The position numbers were made by a program, and so were the translations under genes. From a bacterium (GTDB lineage Bacteria; Auribacterota; UBA3054): a DNA stretch of 47,299 nucleotides. Numbering within the stretch: position 1 is the first letter of the stretch; every line of letters begins with the position of its first letter. Positions 36,536 through 44,261 of this stretch are shown here, one piece after another. Under the pieces are notes generated by a model. The model searched no databases and was not told the origin of the DNA. It was given only the letters and a program-made list of their open reading frames with translations. The stretch is taken from NCBI GenBank assembly GCA_017539325.1, contig JAFYHD010000104.1, positions 1 through 47,299 of the forward strand, read 5' to 3'.

Positions 36536-37645
36536 TTAATCCAAGATTTCAACGTTGGCCCTGGGTACTGTTATTATCTTTCCGTCCCCCATGTCGACAC
36601 TTAGGACGCGCACCTTGGAACCCGTGCCTATCTCTATAGGCTTCTCTATCAGTTCGTGCACTCTGCCGATCTGACCAAAATGCGGGCGGCGGATAAGGCG
36701 CACCCTTACTCCGGGCTTCAGCTCGGAGTTGTTGACGTGCAGATCCTCCTTGGTCTCGTAACCAGGCACGATCAGTTCCGGCCTGATGACGCCGGCCCTG
36801 ATCTGGGTGGCGCCGTTGATGGCCGCAATATGACCGTCCAGCGCGCGCAGAAGATGCGCTGTCCTTTCCGGCATGACCAGGTCGCCGAAGCCTTCCGTCA
36901 ATACTAAGGTGAAGGGAATTTCCTCTTCGCCCGTCACGGCCACGCCGATGTCGAAGCCCAAGAATCCCATCAGTTCGGAATCGACTATGCCGGCACCCAC
37001 GATGCCAAGTATGCCTTTCTTTTCCGCGGCGTAGAGCACCGAGCCGTCGATCTTACCCGGGAACATGATGATCTTGCCTTCCAAGTTTTCAGGCAACATG
37101 TCGGCGGTAAGGATCGAGCGTCCGTTGTCGAACCACAGAAGCTTGCCGTGCCTCTCCCCTCCTACGCCGAAGATGCCCTGCACCAGCGCGCCGTAGGTCT
37201 CTATAACCACGCCTTCCTCTTCCATGATCTCGACGATCTCACCGGAAATGTAGGCGTGGCAGAAAATAGGTTTCGGCACGCCGCGGACGCCGATGTTGCC
37301 GGAGAGTTTGGAAATGTATTCCAAGGACCCGTCTATGGGCGACGTGACGTTGTTAGTGATGAGGTTGAAGAAGACCGTCCGGCTGGCCAACAGTTCCTCT
37401 TTCTTAACGGGATCGCCGGCCTTTTTCAGAACGAACTTTTCCAGCTGGTCAGGACCGCAGCCCAGAATGTTCGCGGCCTTCACGACCGCGAGCGTTCCCG
37501 GCAGATCGACCTTCGCGACGACCGTCTCGGGCTCGACCTTGTCGCCCAGCTTCACCACCACCTCGCCCTTGACGGGCAGGCGGCGTGTTTTTCTTATCTT
37601 AACGTGCGGGCTTATCGTAAGCCCCGGAGTAAATGCATTTCCCAT
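36536..37645 (-). CDS. Conserved-looking hypothetical protein with N-terminal barrel-sandwich-hybrid-like and C-terminal KOW/SH3-like segments
   Basis: 369 aa. The N-terminus 'RRLPVKGEVVVKLGDKVEPETVVAKVDLPG' is lipoyl/biotinyl-like in shape but lacks the modifiable-Lys motif. The C-terminus is 'KPGVRVRLIRRPHFGQIGRV...KVRVLSVDMGDGKIITVPRANVEIL'. It starts 3 nt after the GlmL-like gene. Confidence 0.7.
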   Translation of the reverse strand: MGNAFTPGLTISPHVKIRKTRRLPVKGEVVVKLGDKVEPETVVAKVDLPGTLAVVKAANILGCGPDQLEKFVLKKAGDPVKKEELLASRTVFFNLITNNVTSPIDGSLEYISKLSGNIGVRGVPKPIFCHAYISGEIVEIMEEEGVVIETYGALVQGIFGVGGERHGKLLWFDNGRSILTADMLPENLEGKIIMFPGKIDGSVLYAAEKKGILGIVGAGIVDSELMGFLGFDIGVAVTGEEEIPFTLVLTEGFGDLVMPERTAHLLRALDGHIAAINGATQIRAGVIRPELIVPGYETKEDLHVNNSELKPGVRVRLIRRPHFGQIGRVHELIEKPIEIGTGSKVRVLSVDMGDGKIITVPRANVEILD

Positions 37646-37648
37646 AAT

Positions 37649-39451
37649 TTATTCCAGCGGCAGCGAAAGCGCGTGATAGTCTTTTAATCTGCGCTCGGCG
37701 TTCATGGTTTGGTCGTTGTCGAAAACGAGGGGCCTGCAGCGGCCGTCCAGCAGTATACCGGCCACGCCGCCGATCACTTCGGTCTCCATCGGCTTGCCAT
37801 AGCCTTTACCTACGTTGAAGCGCCTGGTCGGGAAGATCTGCACTCTGGCTTTCTTGCCGGTCGGCAGAGGCACTCTCAGAAGGTCCCCGCTCTTTATGGT
37901 TATCTTCTCATCCCGGCCGTCGATCTTGACTAAAACGTCCATGATCTTTGCGCCTTCCTTGGCCGTTCCCACCGGCGCGATGGCCGTTCCCAGAACGATC
38001 ATGCAGTCCTTGGCAAAAACTTCCTTGGCGGCTTCAGGATTCAATTGCGACATCACGCCCAATTGCGGCATCATGAAAATGGAGTCGACCGCCAGCTGCG
38101 TCACGCCTTCCAGCTGGAAAGCGTCCAGCATCATGAGAGCGGACTGCGTTCTGTCGGGAGCGTGCGAAAGCACGCCGCCCGAGCCTATGCAGAGGTCGAG
38201 CTTCATGAGATCGACCAGCACGGACTGATCGTTGTCGAGAGCGGAGCCGATGTCGCTGTCGGCGTCCTTTTGGTTGGCCGCCACGTCGACCGCCAGCGAG
38301 CGGTGGTGGATGAGGGAGAGTCGCAAGGCTTCCCTGGCCGCGGCCTGCTCGATGTATAGTTCTTCTTTTGTTTCCGGAATGGTCGTGGGACGGATCATCT
38401 TGTTGCGCAGAATGTCGCGCAGAACTTTCACGTCGAACTTGAAGGGCAGCCAGCGCAGAATGTTGTCCACGCCGCTTTCCGCCATAACGTTGCAGAGGCT
38501 GTAGCTCATGCCGTAGTTCGCGGAGACCGTGCGGTGGAAGTGACCACCGAAAACGGAGAAGACGTCCGTCGTGGCGCCGCCGATGTCGACGGCCAGAACG
38601 TTCTGGTGTCTTTCCCTGGCGACTTCCTGAATGATGATGCCGACCGCCGTGGGCGTCGGCATAATGTCCGCGGAAGTGATCTCCATCAGTTTCGGGTATC
38701 CCGGCGCCTGCTGCATGACGTGCTCCAAGAAGAGGTCGTGTATAGCCTGGCGCGCTTCCGCCACGTCTTCCCTGTTAAGGTCCGGCCTGACGTTGTTGAC
38801 GTTTCTGATTGAACACACTCCGCCCAGCATGTCTTCCACCACGTCTCGTGCTTCCACGTTGCCGCTGAAGATGACCGGCAGATTGAATCCCTGCCCGAAC
38901 CTGGGCTGGGGCTTGGCGGCTCTGATTATTTCAGAGATCATCTCGACGTGCCGTCTGGACCCGCCGTTGGTGCCGCCCGCCATCAAGATCATGTCGGGGC
39001 GGATGTGGCGGAGACGTTCTATTCTTTCGTAATTCTCCCTGGGATCGTCGAGGGAAATGGTGTCGATGACGATGGCGCCCGCGCCGAGGGCCGCTCTTTC
39101 CGCGCTGGCGCCCGAAATAGAGCCTACGATGCCCGTGCATGCCATTTGCAGGCCTCCCCCGGCTGAAGATGTGGAGAAGTAGGCATCCACCCCGTCCTCG
39201 CCCTTTCTGGGGCAAATGAGGTTCCTGTTCTCGTCCAGGAGACGGCGGCCCGTAATGTCCTCCAATTCCTCCACGGCGTTCTTGACGCCCACCGTCACGT
39301 CGTCGAAGGGCGCTTCCACCGTAGTGGGCGCCTCTCCCCTGCCGGCCAGACGGTAACCATCAGCAGTCTTGACGACCAGGATGGCTTTCGTCGTCGTGCT
39401 GCCGCAGTCGGTGGCCAGCATCACTTCCAGTTTCTCAGTGTCTTTTGTCAT
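37649..39451 (-). CDS. GlmL/MutL-family (glutamate-mutase-L-like) ASKHA-fold ATPase
   Basis: 600 aa. The phosphate-1 motif is 'LATDCGSTTTKAILV', phosphate-2 is 'VLAVDIGGATTDVFSV' and the adenosine-type motif is 'CIGSGGVLSHAP'. A C-terminal beta-rich domain adds about 120 aa. Confidence 0.8.
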   Translation of the reverse strand: MTKDTEKLEVMLATDCGSTTTKAILVVKTADGYRLAGRGEAPTTVEAPFDDVTVGVKNAVEELEDITGRRLLDENRNLICPRKGEDGVDAYFSTSSAGGGLQMACTGIVGSISGASAERAALGAGAIVIDTISLDDPRENYERIERLRHIRPDMILMAGGTNGGSRRHVEMISEIIRAAKPQPRFGQGFNLPVIFSGNVEARDVVEDMLGGVCSIRNVNNVRPDLNREDVAEARQAIHDLFLEHVMQQAPGYPKLMEITSADIMPTPTAVGIIIQEVARERHQNVLAVDIGGATTDVFSVFGGHFHRTVSANYGMSYSLCNVMAESGVDNILRWLPFKFDVKVLRDILRNKMIRPTTIPETKEELYIEQAAAREALRLSLIHHRSLAVDVAANQKDADSDIGSALDNDQSVLVDLMKLDLCIGSGGVLSHAPDRTQSALMMLDAFQLEGVTQLAVDSIFMMPQLGVMSQLNPEAAKEVFAKDCMIVLGTAIAPVGTAKEGAKIMDVLVKIDGRDEKITIKSGDLLRVPLPTGKKARVQIFPTRRFNVGKGYGKPMETEVIGGVAGILLDGRCRPLVFDNDQTMNAERRLKDYHALSLPLE

Positions 39452-39721
39452 CTACTTAGCCAACTCCTTAATTCTCTCCTCAAGCCTCAGCGTATTGGAA
39501 TCGTCCAGCAAAAAAAGACCAAGGTCCCGCATGTCGAGCGGCATCACCGTGTTCAGTATCCCCCCGAACCCGATAAGAATGTGGGCGGTGATGGGCGCGA
39601 TGGGACGGTTGACCTCGAAAAGGAAAGTCATCGCCGCGGGCAAGTCGTACTTCTTGCTCCAATTGGCGATCCTTTCGACGATCTCTTCCGTCTCCTCAGT
39701 TGTCAGACTAGTCTTTATCAT
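39452..39721 (-). CDS. Small (89-aa) protein with an acidic N-terminus and a central hydrophobic segment
   Basis: 'MIKTSLTTEETEEIVERIANW...PIAPITAHILIGFGGILNTV...EERIKELAK'. Its stop abuts the start of the GlmL-like gene with 0 nt of spacer. An in-frame TAA five codons upstream fixes the ATG start. Confidence 0.6.
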   Translation of the reverse strand: MIKTSLTTEETEEIVERIANWSKKYDLPAAMTFLFEVNRPIAPITAHILIGFGGILNTVMPLDMRDLGLFLLDDSNTLRLEERIKELAK

Positions 39722-39729
39722 ATGAAGAA

Positions 39730-39738
39730 ATTATAACA
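39730..39738 (-). promoter_or_regulatory. Candidate extended -10 element (TGTTATAAT) 8 nt upstream of the 89-aa gene ATG
   Basis: The minus strand reads TGTTATAAT, 8 nt, then ATG (39721). There is no SD. The geometry matches the ktrB-like site. Confidence 0.3.
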
Positions 39739-39764
39739 AAAGGAGCGTCGGGCTCGGCATGGGA

Positions 39765-39917
39765 TCATTCCGCGTCGGGATAGACCACGCTCTGCTGGTC
39801 GGGGTCCCTGAAGATGTGGTTGTTGGGAGCGTCGGCGTCGAGGGAATCCTGCATGGCGCAGCCGGCTAAGCTTAAAACGAAGAGGATGAGAAGAGAAAGG
39901 AAAAGCAGTTTTTTCAT
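39765..39917 (-). CDS. 50-aa mini-lipoprotein (absent from the ORF track)
   Basis: My own translation is 'MKKLLFLSLLILFVLSLAGCAMQDSLDADAPNNHIFRDPDQQSVVYPDAE'. It has a canonical signal peptide plus lipobox (LAGC). GAGGA lies 7 nt upstream of the ATG. The start is 10 nt after the stop of the YfhO-like gene. Confidence 0.55.
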   Translation of the reverse strand: MKKLLFLSLLILFVLSLAGCAMQDSLDADAPNNHIFRDPDQQSVVYPDAE

Positions 39918-39927
39918 GGTTTTTTCC

Positions 39928-42273
39928 TCAGGATTTGTTTATGAAAAGAAGTGATGTTCTGTATACCGCGGCCGCAAGGAAAAGCACGAGCCCCATTGTG
40001 TAGCAAATTATGAGCGCGCTCTGGTGGCTGACATGAGCCTGCAGCGTTATCGTGTGTTCGCCCGCGGAGACTTGCACCGCTCTCAGGGCGGCGTCGGCGC
40101 GCAGGATAGGCGTCGGCTTATCATCGAGCGTGGCTGTCCAGCCGGGATAATAGAGTTCGCTGAAGACGACGTACCCGGGAACTTCGGCGTTTACCTTCGC
40201 TTTGATCTCCTGCGGAGCGTAATCGGTCAGCGTCACTTTGCCGAAGGGGCCTTCCTCCCCTGCTTCGCCTGAGAGCTGCTCGGGAATGGAAGCGCCGCTT
40301 ATGACGACCTTGCGGGAGGGCTCGAAGTCATTCGACATGACGATAGAAGCGGGATCATCGTCTTCCCTTACCGCCGTGGGAACAAACCAAACTCTCGGCA
40401 TGGCGAAGATATTGTCCTTGACGAAAATGCCGTACTTGGAGAAGCCTCTGGCCCATTTCGGGATCTTTTCGGCGGGAAGCCTTGTCTGGTTGTTAAGGTC
40501 GTAGCGGATGTTGAAGATCTCGTCGAAACGCCTTTTGGACGCCTCGCCCTGCTTCCTGGCGTTCCATAATGGCTGCTCCCAGCTAGTCCTCGTCATGATG
40601 TAGCCGTTGACGGAATCAAGGCCCCAGATGACGGTCTTCTGCGTGGCCTGCACGGCGTCCCAGCGGTAGCGGCAGCGACCCTGAGGCCCCTTGGAGATTT
40701 GATCGCCTTTCAGCGCCATGGAAACGGGATTGACGGCGTTGGATTCCGCGGCGGACTGAGGGCAGGCGTTGATCTCGCCGCCGAAAGAGGCCAGGTCGAA
40801 AACTATGAGCGCGGCGAAGGCCCACTTGGTGATCGTCTGCTCTTTTTTGCAGGCGATGAGGTAGAGCGCAATGCCGATCAAAAAGATGACATACTGCCTC
40901 AAGACCGCGAAGTTGAAAACGGCTTTCGTAACGGCGTTGTCGGGAACCTTCTTAAGCCCGATGATGACGGCAATTCCGATGATAAAAAGGCTCGCGAAGA
41001 GGAAGAGCCAGAAACCCTTTTTTATTTCGGTCTTTTCAGTAGGCCAGAATTGGTCGAACAGGAAGGCGAAGAGCAGGCTAATGGGAAGCGAGATGAAGTA
41101 AGCGTACCTGACCGGGATCCTAAGGTTCCTCAGCGGCTTGACAAGATAAGCGAGGAAATACTGGAAGGGATTTTCAATTCCGTAGATGTAGAGCACCGCG
41201 ATAAGGGCGATCAGGAAAAAGACCAGCGCCCTGACGGAAAAATGTTTTTTCAGATAGGCCGGGACCAAGAGGAGCGCCAGGAAAGGCCAGAGCCCGGTGT
41301 AAGCCACGCGGCACCAGTACTGCCAGAATTGTCCGATGTGCCAGCTGTCCCCTCCCCAGAAGATATTCCAGTCGCTGCCGGAATTCGGCGCTTTCACGCG
41401 ACCGAAAAGATCGGGAATGATGTTCGTAAGGAAAAAGTACCAGCTCGCCTGGTCGGAAACGTTCTTGTAGATGTCCTGTTCGGGACGGCCGCTGTTGCCG
41501 TAATACTCCAGACCGGGAACGACAAGGATAGCGGAGATCAAAAGCCCGACGGCTAGGAAGAGCGCGCCCTGAAGGAGGAACCTTATGAGCGCCTGTTTTT
41601 CCTTCCTGAGCTCGATAAGTTCGTAAAGGAAGAAAGCGAAAAGGAAAGCCGCCATGTACGGCATCCTCTGGATAACGCCAACCAGAAAGCAGAAGCCAAG
41701 AGCGCCGCCGCCGATGACGGAAAGGGAAAGCGTTTTCAGGCTGAGCTTATCTTCCGCTTCCACTTTCATATGCTCCATTGCGAGCATGATCCAGGGAATG
41801 AAACCGTAGCCCGCGCCGTTGTTGGCGCTCGTCATCGTTATGACGACCGAGGCGCAGTAGCCGGCGGCCGCGGCAGCGGCCGTGGCGGCGGGACGCGAGA
41901 CCTTCCAGAATCTCAGGAGAAAATAAACGCCCAGCGCGCCGAAGAAGACCTGAAAAACGTAGATGAAGGAAACCGCTTTTTCAAAGGCGGCCAGGTCTTT
42001 CGCGAGAGGAACGCAGAGAAGGTACAGCGGGTAGAAGACGGAGTGCCAGGCCATCTGCCCGAAGGGACGGCCGAGGTCGTGATAAGGGCACCAGGCCGGG
42101 AAACGGCCCTGCAGAAGTTCGCCGGCGTTGAAGAAAAGCTTGGGAAGATCCTGGTTGGCGAAATCGCCGAAGAAGAAGCCCGTGCCTAGAAGCACGGCGC
42201 GGAAGAGCCAAAAAAGACCGAGGGCAAGCAGAGCTGCCCCGAACCATTTCAGCTCTTTCCTCTCGTTACCCAT
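39928..42273 (-). CDS. Large polytopic membrane protein, YfhO-like / GT-C-fold glycosyltransferase candidate
   Basis: 781 aa. There are more than 12 hydrophobic helices in the first ~500 aa, then a soluble (periplasmic) domain of about 230 aa and a final C-terminal TM helix ('ALIICYTMGLVLFLAAAVY'). This architecture is typical of YfhO. I recognise no sharp motif. Confidence 0.6.
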   Translation of the reverse strand: MGNERKELKWFGAALLALGLFWLFRAVLLGTGFFFGDFANQDLPKLFFNAGELLQGRFPAWCPYHDLGRPFGQMAWHSVFYPLYLLCVPLAKDLAAFEKAVSFIYVFQVFFGALGVYFLLRFWKVSRPAATAAAAAAGYCASVVITMTSANNGAGYGFIPWIMLAMEHMKVEAEDKLSLKTLSLSVIGGGALGFCFLVGVIQRMPYMAAFLFAFFLYELIELRKEKQALIRFLLQGALFLAVGLLISAILVVPGLEYYGNSGRPEQDIYKNVSDQASWYFFLTNIIPDLFGRVKAPNSGSDWNIFWGGDSWHIGQFWQYWCRVAYTGLWPFLALLLVPAYLKKHFSVRALVFFLIALIAVLYIYGIENPFQYFLAYLVKPLRNLRIPVRYAYFISLPISLLFAFLFDQFWPTEKTEIKKGFWLFLFASLFIIGIAVIIGLKKVPDNAVTKAVFNFAVLRQYVIFLIGIALYLIACKKEQTITKWAFAALIVFDLASFGGEINACPQSAAESNAVNPVSMALKGDQISKGPQGRCRYRWDAVQATQKTVIWGLDSVNGYIMTRTSWEQPLWNARKQGEASKRRFDEIFNIRYDLNNQTRLPAEKIPKWARGFSKYGIFVKDNIFAMPRVWFVPTAVREDDDPASIVMSNDFEPSRKVVISGASIPEQLSGEAGEEGPFGKVTLTDYAPQEIKAKVNAEVPGYVVFSELYYPGWTATLDDKPTPILRADAALRAVQVSAGEHTITLQAHVSHQSALIICYTMGLVLFLAAAVYRTSLLFINKS

Positions 42274-42274
42274 C

Positions 42275-44197
42275 TTAAAGCGCGGCTTCTATGGCCTTGA
42301 TTATGCCAGGAGCGTCCAGGGAATATTCGGCGTAGAGTTCTTTCGGCGTGGCGGAGCCCGCGAAAGACGTGACGCCCAGTTTCACGAGCTTGCAGTTCAA
42401 GCCGAGCTCCTGAAGTTTCTCGGCCACGCTCATGCCCAGTCCGCTGACAACGAGGTGGTCCTCGACGGTCACGATGAGGCCGGTCTTGGCCGCGGCTTTC
42501 AAAACCTCAGCGTCGATCGCCAAAGGCGAGGAAACGTTGTAAACGGAGACTTCCGTCCCCTTCTTCGCCAGTTCGTCGGAAGCGGCGACAGCGTTCGCGG
42601 AAGGAGTGCCGCAGACAAAGACCGCGGCCTTGGGATCGGATTTGGGGCGCAGCTCGTCAGCCTTGCCGTAAGCGTATTTGTAGTCCGTGCCGAAGAAGGG
42701 AGTTCCGTCTTCTTTGGCGACGATCGCGACTTTCGAGCGGCCCATGACCAGAAGCGTCGGCTTCTTGGTAAGGGCGAGGTATCTGACGGCCCTGTCGGTC
42801 TGATTCGGGTCGGCCGGAACTATGACCTCGAAGCCGAGTAGGTTCCTGTAGAGGCCGAGATAGTCGACGCACTGATGCGTCCTGCCGTCTTCGCCCACGT
42901 CCAGGCCGCAGTGCGTGCAGACGACCTTCGGGAAGGCGCCGTTCATCACGGACATGCGGTGCTGGTTGTAAGTCTCGTCCACGCCGAAAGCGCCGAAGTC
43001 GGCCCAGAAAGACTGGACGCCCCTAATGCTCATGGCGCCGGCGATGACCGCTGCGTTGTGTTCCTGAATGCCGATCTGGAAAAAATTCTCGGGCCAGACT
43101 TTCTCGAAGTCCGCGACTTTCACGCTGCCCTTGAGGTCGCAGTCGAGGGCGGCCATCGGGCTGGCGCCGGCTTTGTCCTTATTGGTTTTCGCGATGTCGG
43201 CGAGCGCTTTGCCCCAGGCGCTCCTGTTGTCGGTGCTCTCGGTGTAGAGCTCGGGCGTTCCGGGGTCGAGCGTAATATCGGGGCTCGCGGGACGGACGGG
43301 ATGACGCGGCTCCTTGGCCTTGCGTTCCGCGGCGAGTTCATCGAGGTCATCGGGAAGACCGAGTTCCTTGAGGGCTTCGCGGCAGAGGTCCATGTTAAGG
43401 GCAGAGCCGTGGTATTTCGCCTGGTTCTCCATGAAGGAGATGCCGTGTCCCATGATCGTTTTGGCAAGGATCATGACGGGCTTTTCGGAAAGGTAGGCTT
43501 TTCTAAGCGCGCCGTAGAGAGATTGGAGGTCGTGGCCGTTCACCTCGACGACGTCCCAGCCGTCGGCTTCCCATTCGGCCTTCAAAGGCTGGTACATCAC
43601 TTCATGGATGTCGCCGCAGATCTGCAGTTCGTTGTAGTCGATCACGGCGACCAAGGGCAGAGCGTATTTGACGGCCGTTCTTCTCGCTTCCGCGATCTGG
43701 CCTTTCTGCTGTTCGCCGTCCCCCATCACGCAGAAGACTTTCGCCTTGACGCCGGTCATGCGGTCGGCAAGCGCGAAGCCTACGCAGGCGGAGAGACCCT
43801 GGCCCAGGTTGCCGGTGTCCCATTCGACGCCTGGCACGCACTGCTCGATGTGTCCAGGGAAAGAACTGCCGTTCTGACGGAAGGTCACGACCGCTTCCCT
43901 AAGATCGATGAAGCCCGCGCCCGCCAAGGCCGCGTAAACGCCCGGCGAAGTGTGGCCGTGGCTGACGACTATGGTGTCCCGACCGAATTTCCTCGGCTCT
44001 TTGGGATCGACGTTCGCGCACTGCCAAAGCAGGGTGTAAGTTTCAAGGGAGGAAAGCGAACCGCCGGGGTGACCGCAGCCGGCCAGAGTCGTCATTTTGA
44101 CGATGGCTCCGCGGCTGACTTTCAGCTGCTCGTTTAAAAGACTGATCTCTTCCCCGGAAAGTTTTTCTTCCGTGAAACCTCTTTTCAGAATGCTCAT
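42275..44197 (-). CDS. tkt: Transketolase
   Basis: It has 'GHPGGSLS', 'VVSHGHTSPGVYA', the ThDP motif 'GDGEQQKGQIAEA...NELQI' and 'GIQEHNAAVIAGAMS'. I chose the ATG at 44197 (GGAAGGG upstream) over the track's GTG at 44230. Confidence 0.9.
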   Translation of the reverse strand: MSILKRGFTEEKLSGEEISLLNEQLKVSRGAIVKMTTLAGCGHPGGSLSSLETYTLLWQCANVDPKEPRKFGRDTIVVSHGHTSPGVYAALAGAGFIDLREAVVTFRQNGSSFPGHIEQCVPGVEWDTGNLGQGLSACVGFALADRMTGVKAKVFCVMGDGEQQKGQIAEARRTAVKYALPLVAVIDYNELQICGDIHEVMYQPLKAEWEADGWDVVEVNGHDLQSLYGALRKAYLSEKPVMILAKTIMGHGISFMENQAKYHGSALNMDLCREALKELGLPDDLDELAAERKAKEPRHPVRPASPDITLDPGTPELYTESTDNRSAWGKALADIAKTNKDKAGASPMAALDCDLKGSVKVADFEKVWPENFFQIGIQEHNAAVIAGAMSIRGVQSFWADFGAFGVDETYNQHRMSVMNGAFPKVVCTHCGLDVGEDGRTHQCVDYLGLYRNLLGFEVIVPADPNQTDRAVRYLALTKKPTLLVMGRSKVAIVAKEDGTPFFGTDYKYAYGKADELRPKSDPKAAVFVCGTPSANAVAASDELAKKGTEVSVYNVSSPLAIDAEVLKAAAKTGLIVTVEDHLVVSGLGMSVAEKLQELGLNCKLVKLGVTSFAGSATPKELYAEYSLDAPGIIKAIEAAL

Positions 44198-44243
44198 AAT
44201 GGCCCTTCCGCTAAAATTATCTAGAAACACACACGTTTCGATT

Positions 44244-44252
44244 ATTTTAGCA
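44244..44252 (-). promoter_or_regulatory. Candidate extended -10 element (TGCTAAAAT) upstream of tkt
   Basis: The minus strand reads TGCTAAAAT in the 31-nt gap after the flippase gene, 46 nt upstream of the ATG at 44197. Confidence 0.3.
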
Positions 44253-44261
44253 TAATTCGAC

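Noticed and set aside
36536-39451. Annotation of the GlmL-like gene region as a glutamate mutase (methylaspartate) operon.
   Set aside because: No GlmS (B12-binding, DxHxxG) or GlmE subunit, methylaspartase, or any other B12 enzyme is present in the window. Only the accessory-type ASKHA protein is recognisable, so I kept it as an orphan module (see findings).
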